Shown: positions 8,331 through 17,950, counted from the first letter of the stretch. The stretch is 32,000 nucleotides of DNA from Floridaenema fluviatile BLCC-F154 (GCF_041929135.1 NZ_JBHFNS010000031.1:1-32000); one strand, 5' to 3'. Numbers and translations: made by a program. The notes: generated from the letters alone by a model not told the origin.

Positions 8331-9983
8331 ATGGAATGGTCTGATTCTGATAACAAAACAATAATAATGTCAACTCACGCTACTTTGTCCCAGGCTAAAC
8401 CGAAACAGGTAAAGGTGGAACCGCAGAATGGAAACGGGAAACCCAAGAATGGGAAAGAAGAAACACAGATGCAAACTAAGGGAGACTTAAAAAACTTCTT
8501 AGCGTCGGAAAGTTTTATTCCCGCTTCTGGGAAATCCTTAAATTCTCAGCAGCAAAATGTGGTTCCGGGAAATAATGGCTTGATTCCGTCAACTTCTCCG
8601 AGTAATGGTTCGGCGGTGACTGAGGCTAAAGTTGCGCCAAAAACTAACGAAATAGAGCAAGAGGAAGAATCATCTGTTGGTTTTATTCCAGTTCTGAAAA
8701 ATCGGAATTTTCTGGCGCTTTGGAGTGGTCAAGTTTTTTCCCAACTGGCGGATAAGGTTTATTTGGTGCTGATGATTGCGCTGATAGATACTCAATTTCA
8801 AGTTGGGAGTCAGACAATCAGTACTTGGGTATCAGCGATTATGATGGCGTTTACGATTCCCGCGATGTTGTTTGGTTCTTTTGCGGGTGTGTTTGTCGAT
8901 CGCTGGTCGAAGCGTACAGTATTAGTATGGACGAATCTGTTTCGCGGTTTCTTGGTGCTGAGTATACCGACTTTGCTGTGGTTCTCTCAAGATTGGATAT
9001 CATTGGCTAGTTTGCCAGCAGGTTTTTGTATTTTATTAGTAGTAACTTTCCTGGTTTCGACGCTGACGCAGTTTTTTGCTCCCGCAGAACAAGCGGCGAT
9101 TCCGATGATTGTCGAACGTCGCCATTTGCTATCAGCGAACTCGCTTTACACAACGACAATGATGGCGCTGGTGGTAATTGGTTTTGCGGTGGGGGAACCA
9201 CTGTTAGCTTTGGCTGATAGTTTGTGGTTAAACTTGGGCGGCGAGGGAAATATTGGTAAAGAGTTTTTGGTTGGTGGGTCTTATGCGATCGCAGGTTTAC
9301 TGCTAATCTTGCTAAAAACCCACGAAAAAGTCAACCCGCAAGACCACGAAGCACCCCACGTTCTGGCGGATTTACGAGAAGCATGGCGTTATCTGAGTCA
9401 TGAAAAGCGGGTGCGGAGTGCGCTTTTACAATTAATTATCTTATTTTCTGTCTTTGCTGCTCTTTCAGTTTTAGCAGTGCGCCTTGCAGAATTAATTCCC
9501 GGTTTAAAACCTTCTCAGTTTGGCTTTTTAATGTCGGCTGGCGGAGTTGGGATTGGAATAGGCTCGGCATTTTTAGGGAATTTCGGTCAACGATTATCCC
9601 ACACTTGGTTGAGTTTATGCGGTTCTTTAGGAGTTGCAGCGGCTTTAATTGGTTTAGCTTTACTGCCCCATCATTTGTGGCTGGTGCTATTACTAGTGAT
9701 GATACTGGGAACCTTTGGCTCTTTAGTAGCTGTACCAATGCAAACTACGATTCAACGGGAAACTCCCTCAGAAATGCGTGGTAAGGTGTTTGGGTTGCAG
9801 AATAATGCGATTAATATTGCCATGAGTTTACCTTTGGCTTTGGCTGGTGTGGCAGAAACGTTTTTTGGCTTAAACGCAGTTTTTCTAACTTTAGCTGCCG
9901 CTGCGATCGCAGGAGGGCTATTTACCTGGTATAGTTGCAACACTAGCTCTCACACAAACACACAATTTAACCAAGACTGCTAA
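8331..9983 (+). CDS. MFS transporter with a ~130-aa hydrophilic N-terminal extension
   Basis: Multiple TM segments follow RNFLALWSGQVFSQLADKVY, including an FAGVFVDRWSKR loop motif. The start codon is uncertain (alternative Met codons lie downstream). Confidence 0.8.
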   Translation: MEWSDSDNKTIIMSTHATLSQAKPKQVKVEPQNGNGKPKNGKEETQMQTKGDLKNFLASESFIPASGKSLNSQQQNVVPGNNGLIPSTSPSNGSAVTEAKVAPKTNEIEQEEESSVGFIPVLKNRNFLALWSGQVFSQLADKVYLVLMIALIDTQFQVGSQTISTWVSAIMMAFTIPAMLFGSFAGVFVDRWSKRTVLVWTNLFRGFLVLSIPTLLWFSQDWISLASLPAGFCILLVVTFLVSTLTQFFAPAEQAAIPMIVERRHLLSANSLYTTTMMALVVIGFAVGEPLLALADSLWLNLGGEGNIGKEFLVGGSYAIAGLLLILLKTHEKVNPQDHEAPHVLADLREAWRYLSHEKRVRSALLQLIILFSVFAALSVLAVRLAELIPGLKPSQFGFLMSAGGVGIGIGSAFLGNFGQRLSHTWLSLCGSLGVAAALIGLALLPHHLWLVLLLVMILGTFGSLVAVPMQTTIQRETPSEMRGKVFGLQNNAINIAMSLPLALAGVAETFFGLNAVFLTLAAAAIAGGLFTWYSCNTSSHTNTQFNQDC

Positions 9984-9996
9984 CAAAGTCTTATGG

Positions 9997-10104
9997 TAAT
10001 CGGTAATTGGTTTTTCCAACTACCAACCATTGGTGTTAGGTGTTAGGTGTTAGGTGTTAGGGAAAAAGAAGTTCCCCAACTCCCAGCCCCCAGCCCCTAT
10101 CCCC
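9997..10104. repeat. STRR-like heptamer arrays (GGTAATN, GGTGTTA x4 at 10032-10059, then a C-rich arm at 10074-10104)
   Basis: Read directly. It lies in the spacer after the MFS gene. Confidence 0.7.
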
Positions 10105-10154
10105 TTAAATAAGGCGTAGTTAGCTACTGGCAATTAGCAGTTGGCAAAACCTGA

Positions 10155-11312
10155 ATGAGTCAGCTTCACATCGCTTGGCTGGGAAAAAAAACCCCTTTTT
10201 GCGGCAATGTCACCTACAGTCGGGAAATTACTAATGCTTTAATGGGTAGACATAAGATTAGTTTTCTCCACTTTGCAGGAGAAGAATCCGACTCAGACAA
10301 ATGGCCTCAATATAAAGAAGTTTCCCTGCCCTTTTTATACAAGTCCCAGGTTTACACTATCCCCACATTACAATCAAGAAAAATTTTGATTGAATCGCTG
10401 CGGGATTTGCGACCAGACATCGTACACGCATCTCTTACCCTGTCTCCTTTAGATTTTGTACTTCCAGAAATCTGTCAGGAGCTAAATCTGCCCCTAGTGG
10501 CAACTTTCCATACTCCTTATGCTCGCAAAGGAGCCAAACTTAAATCGGGAACGCAATATCTGGCTTATCAACTATATTCACCTTTTTTAGCAAATTACGA
10601 TCGGGTAATTGTCTTTTCCGAGATCCAACGGGAGCTACTCGCCCGAATGGGTGTTTCCCCCTTACAGGTAGCTGTAATTCCCAACGGTGTAGATGAGCAG
10701 AAGTATTGTCCCGGAACTTCTAACCTGAAATCTCAGTTTAATGCTAAACGTATTTTTGTTTATCAAGGTCGAATTGCCCCAGAAAAAAATGTCGAAGCTT
10801 TACTTAGGGCTTGGCAAAAAGCCAACATGGGGCCAGATTGCAAATTACTGATTGTCGGCGATGGGCCTTTAAAAACATCTTTAGAGCCATTTTATGATTC
10901 TGAATCTGGGATTATTTGGTTAGGATTTGTGGCTGATGAACAGCGGCGAATTGAGATTTTGCGAGGCTCAGATGTATTTATTCTCCCTTCTTTAGCTGAA
11001 GGTCTTTCTTTGTCTTTGTTGGAAGCAATGGCTTGTGGTGTAGCTTGTATCGCTACTGATGTCGGCGCAGATGGCGAAGTTTTAGAAGGTGGCGCTGGCA
11101 TTGTTGTTAACCCTCAACGAGTGAAAACAGAGTTACAAACTTTGTTACCTCTGTTGCGCGACCACAAAGATTTCACTTCTACTTTAGGTCGCAATGCCAG
11201 GGCCAGAATTGTCGAAAGATACACTCTCAGCCGCAACATCGTTCAATTGGAAGAACTTTATCAGGAAGTCCTAGAAAAACCAATTTTTCCGCCGATGAAG
11301 CGCCGTGCTTGA
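10155..11312 (+). CDS. glycosyltransferase family 4 (GT-B, group 1)
   Basis: The C-terminal motif region is EGLSLSLLEAMACGVACIATDVGADGEVL. 385 aa. Confidence 0.85.
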   Translation: MSQLHIAWLGKKTPFCGNVTYSREITNALMGRHKISFLHFAGEESDSDKWPQYKEVSLPFLYKSQVYTIPTLQSRKILIESLRDLRPDIVHASLTLSPLDFVLPEICQELNLPLVATFHTPYARKGAKLKSGTQYLAYQLYSPFLANYDRVIVFSEIQRELLARMGVSPLQVAVIPNGVDEQKYCPGTSNLKSQFNAKRIFVYQGRIAPEKNVEALLRAWQKANMGPDCKLLIVGDGPLKTSLEPFYDSESGIIWLGFVADEQRRIEILRGSDVFILPSLAEGLSLSLLEAMACGVACIATDVGADGEVLEGGAGIVVNPQRVKTELQTLLPLLRDHKDFTSTLGRNARARIVERYTLSRNIVQLEELYQEVLEKPIFPPMKRRA

Positions 11313-11402
11313 GGGAATGGAGAGGTGGGGAGATGGGGAGATGGGGGGATGGGGAGATGGAAACAAATACTCCCCCTACCTCCCTACCTCCCTACCTCCC
11401 TA
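11313..11402. repeat. STRR-like block: GGGGAGAT units, then CCCTACCT units
   Basis: It fills the whole gap between the GT4 stop (11310-11312) and the convergent hpf stop (11400-11402). ORF-track entries 11309-11582 are repeat artefacts. Confidence 0.75.
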
Positions 11403-12041
11403 CTTGGCTTGGGTTTTTTCAGCAACGGGGGTATTTTGGGCAGTTTTGCCGTTTTTGTGTCCGGTGTGACCGTTGTTACGGCGGGGTTGAATTACGCCGT
11501 AGCCGCCGTGATTGCGTTCGTAGATGACGTTGATTTCGCCTGTTTCGGCGTTGCAGAACATATAGAAGTCGTGATCTACTAGCTGCAATTGTTCTAAGGC
11601 TTCGTCAATGGTCATGGGAGGCATGGCGAAATATTTGGTTCGCACTACTTCGCCTGGTAGTTCGGGTGTGCGATCGCCAATTAAATCTGGTGTGACTGGC
11701 TGTTGTTCTACAACTTCAACAGTTTTAGATTGAACTTTCTTATCTAGGCGTTTCTCTTTGTATTTCCGTAGTTTACGGGCTATTTTATCTGCGACTAAAT
11801 CAATGCTTGCATATAAGCTTTCACTACCTTCTTCTGCACGAATTACTGTACCGTTGGCATAAACTGTAACTTCAGCAATCTGCCTTTCGTTAATCCGAGG
11901 ATTGCGGGCTACTGAAAGATGTACGTCAATCTCATTTGTTACGTTTAGATAATGACTTGTGGCTTTTTCCAATTTTTGATGTACATACTCACGAATTGCA
12001 TCTGTGATTTCAATGTTTTTGCCGTGAATAACAAGCTTCAT
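11400..12041 (-). CDS. hpf: ribosome hibernation promoting factor, long form (light-repressed protein A type)
   Basis: [27 protein letters not shown]... is followed by a C-terminal dimerisation domain ([47 protein letters not shown]). Confidence 0.9.
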   Translation of the reverse strand: MKLVIHGKNIEITDAIREYVHQKLEKATSHYLNVTNEIDVHLSVARNPRINERQIAEVTVYANGTVIRAEEGSESLYASIDLVADKIARKLRKYKEKRLDKKVQSKTVEVVEQQPVTPDLIGDRTPELPGEVVRTKYFAMPPMTIDEALEQLQLVDHDFYMFCNAETGEINVIYERNHGGYGVIQPRRNNGHTGHKNGKTAQNTPVAEKTQAK

Positions 12042-12519
12042 ATCACATTCTCCCGCTTAATTCTTAATGCTGTACAGGCTTACCTTTCGCCTGCATCTAT
12101 CTGTGGTTAGAAGGAAAGTTGGTCAGAGATTCCTACTTTCCCAATGGAAACTTTTTATCTGTTTTTAGGTGCGGAAATGCTGATATCTGTTAATTAGTTA
12201 TCAGCTGAATAAATTTCCGAATTTTTCGGACTGACTCTCCTAAAAATCTACTTTTGGTATATAAAGCGCCTAAAATCTCTGCTACACGGCGCTATCTTAC
12301 CTCGCCCACTTTGAGACTCAAACTTTAGCGTACCAACTTTTCAACTTAGCCGATCTCTTCTCTATGGGCATTTTTCCTTTAAATAGGCTTCCTCCTATTT
12401 CCTAAAAGTCCTTATATATAAAACAGTAGCATTTTGTATTCTGGAGTACATCTGTATTTGCCTAGTCTTTAAAATCTTTTGCATCTGTTGACAATTCTTG
12501 ATTTAATTGTCAGACTTTT

Positions 12520-13266
12520 TTGGAAATTTGGTTCAATTTAGTCTTGATTTTGGTGATGATTTTGAGTAATAATGATATACCACTTTTGGGTATTGAGGCA
12601 AAACCGCGGCTCTGTTGGCTGTGGAATCAGGGAGTAGTGGACTACCAGGTAGCCTGGGAGTGGCAGCGATCGCTAGTTGCAGAACGGCGGGAAAAAGCCA
12701 ATTTAGAAGATTTATTGATTTTGTTGGAGCATTCCTCAGTTTATACTTTGGGGACGGGGGCAAATCCAGAGTTTGTTAAATTTAACCTTGACAAGAGCGA
12801 TTATTCAGTGTACCGCACTGAGCGTGGCGGTGAGGTAACGTATCATTGTCCAGGTCAGTTGGTGGGTTATCCGATTTTGAATTTGCGACATTATCGCCAA
12901 GATTTACATTGGTATTTGCGCCAGTTGGAGGAAGTGTTAATTCGGGTGTTGGCGAGTTATGATTTGCCAGGGGAAAGAGTTCCGGGTTATACAGGAGTTT
13001 GGTTGTCTGGGCGGAAGGTGGGGGCGATCGGTGTTAAAGTAAGTCGTTGGATTACAATGCACGGTTTTGCTTTGAATGTTTGTCCTGATTTGAGTGGTTT
13101 TAAACGGATTGTTCCTTGTGGAATTGCGGATAAACCTGTGGGCAGTTTAGCGGAATTTATTCCTGATATTACTGTAGAAGAGGTGCGGGGAAAAGTGGCG
13201 ATCGCTTTTGCAGAAGTTTTTGGAGTTAAGCTAGTGGAAGCGAAAGTTAACTCTCTTTTCTTATGA
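12520..13266 (+). CDS. lipB: lipoyl(octanoyl) transferase
   Basis: [20 protein letters not shown] and [22 protein letters not shown] are present. The ORF-track start is a TTG. The true start may be ATG 12556 or another site nearby. Confidence 0.85.
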   Translation: MEIWFNLVLILVMILSNNDIPLLGIEAKPRLCWLWNQGVVDYQVAWEWQRSLVAERREKANLEDLLILLEHSSVYTLGTGANPEFVKFNLDKSDYSVYRTERGGEVTYHCPGQLVGYPILNLRHYRQDLHWYLRQLEEVLIRVLASYDLPGERVPGYTGVWLSGRKVGAIGVKVSRWITMHGFALNVCPDLSGFKRIVPCGIADKPVGSLAEFIPDITVEEVRGKVAIAFAEVFGVKLVEAKVNSLFL

Positions 13267-14219
13267 TTGGTAAATCCAAATTTAAGGATTTAATTTCCGG
13301 TAGTTTTATTCTGGTAACTATTCTGATTACCTTACTTACCATTACCGGGCATTTGGGCAAGTTTAATTATATTTTAGATATGACTGCTCATTTTAAGGTG
13401 CAATATCTAATCGTCGGATTTTGCCCATTTTTCTTTTTTTTGTTAACGCGGAACAAACTTTGGTGGATTATTAGCCTGAGTTGTATTTTCCTGAATTTAA
13501 TGGAAGTTGTTCCTTGGTATTTGCCGCCAGCTGCGATCGCCCAAGAAACCAAAAGTGGACAATTAAGAGTCTTAATATCCAATGTCTTATTTAAGAATAA
13601 GAATTACGCAGCAGTCATCTCTTTAGTTAGAAAAGAAAACCCGGATGTTGCTGTTTTTGTGGAAGTTGGTAAAGTTTGGAATCAGGAATTAACAGTTTTA
13701 AAAGATCTACTTCCTTATCATGTAGTTTCTCAAGATTCTCCGAGGTTTGGTATTACTCTTTATAGTAAATTACCTTTGGAAAATGTGTCAATAGAAGAGT
13801 TTCAAGGTTCGAGAAAAACTATAGTTGCTGCTATTAAATTTCAGGGTAAAGAGATAACAGTTATCGGAACTCATCCAAGTTACCCGATTAGAAAATCGGG
13901 TTTTTTGCAAAGGAATTTACAATTAGAGGCAATGGCTGATTACTTGAAAAAAAATAAAAATCCCGTGATATTAATGGGCGATTTTAATATTACTATGTGG
14001 TCGCCAATTTATCAGCGATTTATTCAGGAAACGCAGTTAGAAAATGCCCGGTTTGGTTTTGGTGTACAACCGACATGGCCTAGTTCTTTGCCTTTATTAG
14101 CTATTCCTATAGATCATTGTTTAGTGAGTGGAAATATTCAAGTAATTAAATCTCGAATTGGTAGAGATGTAGGTTCGGATCATTTGCCAATTATTACTGA
14201 TTTGGCGATCGGGGATTAG
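13263..14219 (+). CDS. endonuclease/exonuclease/phosphatase (EEP) family protein with N-terminal TM segments
   Basis: It has the C-terminal catalytic motif [11 protein letters not shown] and MGDFNIT. It shares a 4-bp ATGA overlap with lipB. Confidence 0.75.
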   Translation: MIGKSKFKDLISGSFILVTILITLLTITGHLGKFNYILDMTAHFKVQYLIVGFCPFFFFLLTRNKLWWIISLSCIFLNLMEVVPWYLPPAAIAQETKSGQLRVLISNVLFKNKNYAAVISLVRKENPDVAVFVEVGKVWNQELTVLKDLLPYHVVSQDSPRFGITLYSKLPLENVSIEEFQGSRKTIVAAIKFQGKEITVIGTHPSYPIRKSGFLQRNLQLEAMADYLKKNKNPVILMGDFNITMWSPIYQRFIQETQLENARFGFGVQPTWPSSLPLLAIPIDHCLVSGNIQVIKSRIGRDVGSDHLPIITDLAIGD

Positions 14220-14317
14220 GGACTGGGGACTGGGGGACTGGGGGACAAGGGGACAAGGGGACAAGGGGACAAGGGGAAATTAATTAACTCGAAACTTTCC
14301 CAGTTCCTAGTCCCTAT
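14211..14317. repeat. STRR-like block: GGGGACT/GGGGACAA units, a spacer, then a short complementary C-arm (cccagttcctagtccctat)
   Basis: Read directly. The EEP stop TAG (14217-14219) lies inside the first repeat unit. The block abuts the stop of the convergent reductase remnant. Confidence 0.75.
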
Positions 14318-14535
14318 TAACTCCAATCCCACATTAAAGCTTCATTTTCTAAGGGATCGGTGACTGTGCGACCGATCGCATCAATTTCGGCTAAATCTTC
14401 GGGGGAAAGTTTGACTTGGGCGGCGATCGCATTTTCTTCGATTTGTTTAGCGTGACGTGCTCCAGTGATGGCATTTGTTTGGGTAATTTCTATGTCAGAT
14501 GAACCTAGCTTTCTTTTTTCCATGATTATCTCCAA
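14317..14535 (-). pseudogene. aldo/keto reductase remnant (N-terminus fused in frame to the C-terminus)
   Basis: MEKRKLGSSDIEI is a typical AKR N-terminus. It runs directly into ...ITGARHAKQIEENAIAAQVKLSPEDLAEID..., a typical AKR C-terminal region. About 250 aa of the barrel are absent. Confidence 0.6.
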
Positions 14536-14636
14536 TTTTATCTAATTATGCCTAATTTTATTATTTAATGTTCTTGCTGTCTGACAAATAACTAAAAAGC
14601 GTAGAATAGCCTTAGCTGCAATGGTAAAAAATCTCA

Positions 14637-15245
14637 ATGGAATTAACAAGAATTAATTATGCCTTGAAAGAATGGGCGGTTGCTGTTGATGCTTTGTCAG
14701 CGGGAAAAACTATTTTATTGCTTCGCAAAGGTGGAATTCGGGAAGAGGGAAATCATTTTAAAGTTGCTCATAATGAGGTGTTGCTTTACCCGACTTTTGA
14801 ACACCAAAAACCTGATTTATTAAAGCCGGAATATGCCGATCGAGTAACACCAGTAACATCAGGTTGGCATCCAGAAACTATTCGGATTGGGGCTTGGGCA
14901 AAAATTACTGATATTTTAATGGTAAGTTTTGAACCGAGTATTAAGGCGTTGTTGCCGTTCCATGTTTGGAATGAGAAATTTGTGAGCGATCGCTTAAAAT
15001 GGAAGCCACTTCAGCCAATTTATCTTTTATTTCTACGTACTTACAAACTCAGTGAACCCCAAGAAATACCTTACCGTGCAGAATACGGTGGTTGCAAATC
15101 TTGGATTGAGCTTCAAGAAGATATTTCTGTTGCAAACACTACACCAGTCTTAACTGATACTGAATACAATAAACTCACCAGTGTAATTCGCAACTCGATC
15201 GCCAATCCGTCAGCATCTAATTTACAGAATCAATCGGAAATTTAA
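14637..15245 (+). CDS. conserved hypothetical protein (DUF1802-like)
   Basis: The N-terminus ALKEWAVAVDALSAGKTILLLRKGGIRE matches my memory of DUF1802. Not verified. Confidence 0.55.
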   Translation: MELTRINYALKEWAVAVDALSAGKTILLLRKGGIREEGNHFKVAHNEVLLYPTFEHQKPDLLKPEYADRVTPVTSGWHPETIRIGAWAKITDILMVSFEPSIKALLPFHVWNEKFVSDRLKWKPLQPIYLLFLRTYKLSEPQEIPYRAEYGGCKSWIELQEDISVANTTPVLTDTEYNKLTSVIRNSIANPSASNLQNQSEI

Positions 15246-15327
15246 TTATTTCTTTCGATGGATATTGGCAGATAAGTAAAGTTACCCTAATGGGTGATGC
15301 TGTACAAAGCAAACTTCTGCCAAGATA

Positions 15328-15356
15328 TTGACAAATTACACAAGATAAGGTAGGTT
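15328..15356 (+). promoter_or_regulatory. candidate sigma70-type promoter
   Basis: TTGACA (15328-15333), a 17-nt spacer, then TAGGTT (15351-15356, TAnnnT). It lies about 85 nt upstream of the small ORF. Confidence 0.25.
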
Positions 15357-15441
15357 AGCTGGAACCAGAAGCTTAGGAGCGCATCCTCACACAGCCTGCT
15401 TACAGCTTCACCTCCCACCCTTGAAAATAAAGGAGATTATT

Positions 15442-15696
15442 ATGGCTGGACAGATGTGCTGGTTGCCTGGTATTGGCACAGGTGGCAATAAAATTTTACA
15501 TTTACGGACATCATCTAACGAAAATTGGCGACCTTACACAGCTTTTCCCCAATTTTCTGTTCCTGACTATCGCGAACCTGGGGGTTCTAAAGGTTGGGCG
15601 ACATATCAGAAATTATTCCGAGCAGGTTGGATTTTGGTACCTACTGCTGAAGCTAAGAAAGTTATGTTTGTCGATCCTAATGCGGAGGTTGCCTAA
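15442..15696 (+). CDS. small hypothetical protein (84 aa)
   Basis: ATG 15442 is preceded by AAGGAG (15430-15435). The ORF-track TTG start at 15421 is less likely. No recognisable domain. Confidence 0.5.
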   Translation: MAGQMCWLPGIGTGGNKILHLRTSSNENWRPYTAFPQFSVPDYREPGGSKGWATYQKLFRAGWILVPTAEAKKVMFVDPNAEVA

Positions 15697-15734
15697 ACCT
15701 GAATTTTTCTCAGAAGATTTCAGAATTTAGGCAG

Positions 15735-15777
15735 AAGGCAAAAGTAATTAAGAGGAGGTTTTTTCTTTTGCCTTTTT
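15735..15777 (+). terminator. candidate intrinsic terminator
   Basis: aaggcaaaag (15735-15744) pairs with cttttgcctt (15765-15774), followed by ttt. The loop is 20 nt. Confidence 0.4.
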
Positions 15778-15852
15778 ACACGGCTTAATTTTGGCAATTA
15801 TTAATGCAGACAAAATTTAGCCACAATTTAAAAGTGATTTGTTTTTAAGCTG

Positions 15853-15965
15853 TTACGCATTTAAAAGTCATATTGTAGGGTGCGTCAGATTTAGATATTT
15901 TCCTTTCTACATAGGCTTTACCGTCTGACGCACCCCATTCGTTAATAAGTGATTTAAATGCGTAA
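15853..15965. repeat. 113-bp nested inverted repeat (MITE-like element or bidirectional terminator structure)
   Basis: Outer arms: ttacgcatttaaa (15853-15865) / tttaaatgcgtaa (15953-15965). Inner arms: gggtgcgtcaga (15878-15889) / tctgacgcaccc (15924-15935). It sits between convergent genes. Confidence 0.5.
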
Positions 15966-15969
15966 TAGC

Positions 15970-16872
15970 TTACTTTTTCTTTAACCCTTTGGATTGAAGA
16001 AATTGTTGTACAACTTGTTTAACATCGCTACCTTCTCCTTCAACTTGAAAGTTTAAACGCCGCATTTCTGCTTCGGAAATTTTGCCACTTAGCTGTTGAA
16101 ATACTTCTCGTAATTCGGGATGTTTTTGTAGAGTTTGTTGGCGAATTATCGGTACAGCTTGGTATGGGGGAAAGAAAAGGCGATCGTCCTGTAAAACAGC
16201 TAAGTCGAAACGTCCAATTTGTCCATCGGTGGAATTCCCAGCAATTAAATCTACTTTTTTGTCTTTTAAAGCGGTATATATTAGACGCGAATCGATAACT
16301 TTTGGTGGTTCAGCAAAACTTAAATTATAAGTTTTTGCTAATCCGGTAAATCCATCTTTGCGATCGAGAAATTCATCAGCGAATCCCGCCCGCCACAGGG
16401 GGGTTTTGGGAGCAATTTGGGAAATAGTTTGCACTCTCATTTTTCTAGCATCTTCGCCACGAATCACCAGAGCGAAAGTGTTACTAAATCCTAAAGGAGG
16501 CATCACTTCTAAGTTAAAGTTCTGGTCATATTTCTGTTTAACTAGCTGGTAAACTTCTTCGGGGTTACTAATCGGTTCATTTTTCAAAATGGCGGAGAAA
16601 GCTGTACCACTGTACTCTACATAAGCGTCAATTTCGCCATTAGTTAAAGCGTTGTGTGCAACGAAAGTATCACCTAGATTTAGTTTCCGTTCAACTTTTA
16701 AATCTGTGTTAGCTTCGATATGTTGAGCAAGAAGTTCTCCCAAAATTAACTGTTCGGTAGAATTTTTCGAGCCAATGGCTATTAAGTTGTCTGGTTTGAC
16801 GCTACAGCTAGCGATTAACATTGCTAAACTAAAGCCCAGCACGCAAAGTAGTATGAAGTCTCGCTTTTTCAT
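15970..16872 (-). CDS. glycine betaine/choline-type ABC transporter substrate-binding lipoprotein (OpuBC/OsmX family)
   Basis: Lipobox LIASC. The sequence IAIGSKNSTEQLILGELLAQHIE...GEIDAYVEYSGTA is typical of the OpuAC-fold family. Confidence 0.8.
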   Translation of the reverse strand: MKKRDFILLCVLGFSLAMLIASCSVKPDNLIAIGSKNSTEQLILGELLAQHIEANTDLKVERKLNLGDTFVAHNALTNGEIDAYVEYSGTAFSAILKNEPISNPEEVYQLVKQKYDQNFNLEVMPPLGFSNTFALVIRGEDARKMRVQTISQIAPKTPLWRAGFADEFLDRKDGFTGLAKTYNLSFAEPPKVIDSRLIYTALKDKKVDLIAGNSTDGQIGRFDLAVLQDDRLFFPPYQAVPIIRQQTLQKHPELREVFQQLSGKISEAEMRRLNFQVEGEGSDVKQVVQQFLQSKGLKKK

Positions 16873-16939
16873 ATCGATTTTTGTGTTTTGACCTTAGATG
16901 GTAGATGGTTTGCGATCGATCCCAAGCTTAAATTTATCA

Positions 16940-17704
16940 CTAATCGGATTTTGATTGATTAAAAAAAGGTAAGCATTGTAAGAATTCCTTAACTTCTTTT
17001 TGTTCAGATTTGGGAAACTCGGAAGGAGTATCTATTAACAACATTTTTCCTGATTCCATTAAGCCAATTCTCGAAGCTAATAAAAAAGCTTCTTGAATGT
17101 CGTGAGTGACAAAAACCACAGTTTTACCTAATTGTTTTTGTAGCTGAAGAAACTCTTTTTGAATTTCAATTCTAGTAATGGGATCGAGTGCGCCGAAAGG
17201 TTCATCCATTAATAATAATGGCGGGTCAGCGGCGAGGGCACGGGCAACCCCAACTCGCTGACGTTGACCACCGGATAATTCGTTAGGGTATCTGTCGGCA
17301 AATTGTTTGGGGTTGAGTCCGACTAGTTGTAAAAGTCGATCTACTCTTTGGGAAATGCGATCGCGTTTCCACCCCTCCAAACTAGGAACTAATCCCACAT
17401 TTTGAGCAATAGTAAAATGAGGAAATAAACCAGTTTCTTGAATTACATAACCAATAGATCGCCGCAATTTAATCGGGTTCCATTCATTAGTAGAAATTCC
17501 TTCTACCCGTACTTCTCCACTACTAGGAGTCAGCAACCGATTAATTAATTTCATAGTTGTAGTTTTCCCACAACCGCTGCGTCCCAGTAATATCAAAATT
17601 TCGCCCCGTTCCACTGTGAAATTGAGATTAGATACTAAAGGTCGATCGTTAAGTAAGTAACTAACGTTGTGAAATTCAACAGCAATTTCGTTATCTTGTA
17701 CCAT
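16940..17704 (-). CDS. ABC transporter ATP-binding protein (OpuCA/OsmV-like core, no CBS tail)
   Basis: Walker A GRSGCGKTT, signature LSGGQRQRV and Walker B LLLMDEP are present. The 254-aa length leaves no room for CBS domains. Confidence 0.85.
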   Translation of the reverse strand: MVQDNEIAVEFHNVSYLLNDRPLVSNLNFTVERGEILILLGRSGCGKTTTMKLINRLLTPSSGEVRVEGISTNEWNPIKLRRSIGYVIQETGLFPHFTIAQNVGLVPSLEGWKRDRISQRVDRLLQLVGLNPKQFADRYPNELSGGQRQRVGVARALAADPPLLLMDEPFGALDPITRIEIQKEFLQLQKQLGKTVVFVTHDIQEAFLLASRIGLMESGKMLLIDTPSEFPKSEQKEVKEFLQCLPFFNQSKSD

Positions 17705-17825
17705 GAGAGATGCTCAATTTAAGGAATAATTTTAGTATATTTGAAATGTCCCGCAGAAGGAACTTTCTTTAAGACGTGAGGATATGTGAAAATTTAAGGT
17801 TGCCACTCAAGGTGAGATTGTTTTG

Positions 17826-17948
17826 CTAATAAATCTGCACGCCTGTTTCCCAATCTACCCATTGTTTACGAAGTAATGCCCGATAAACAATGGCATTATC
17901 TGGTAATGGTTCAAACTCCGATCCCCCATCATAAAATTGTTCGGTCAT
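17826..17948 (-). other. 40-aa ORF immediately after the 134-aa ORF (possible truncated gene)
   Basis: Own translation gives MTEQFYDGGSEFEPLPDNAIVYRALLRKQWVDWETGVQIY*. Its ATG lies 2 nt after the upstream stop (TAAGCATG). It is not in the ORF track. Confidence 0.25.
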
Positions 17949-17950
17949 GC

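Noticed and set aside
8825-9943. Several 60-100-aa ORFs on both strands inside the MFS gene (8825-9010, 9007-9201, 9026-9217, 9436-9738, 9752-9943)
   Set aside because: They are shadow ORFs of a long membrane-protein gene.
11309-11582. ORFs 11309-11527 and 11325-11582 (+ strand)
   Set aside because: They begin in the GGGGAGAT repeat and run antisense through the well-supported hpf gene. They are repeat or shadow artefacts.
15473-15730. 85-aa ORF overlapping the small 84-aa ORF in another frame
   Set aside because: It lacks an SD sequence. The competing frame has AAGGAG correctly spaced before its ATG and a more protein-like composition. Neither is strongly supported.
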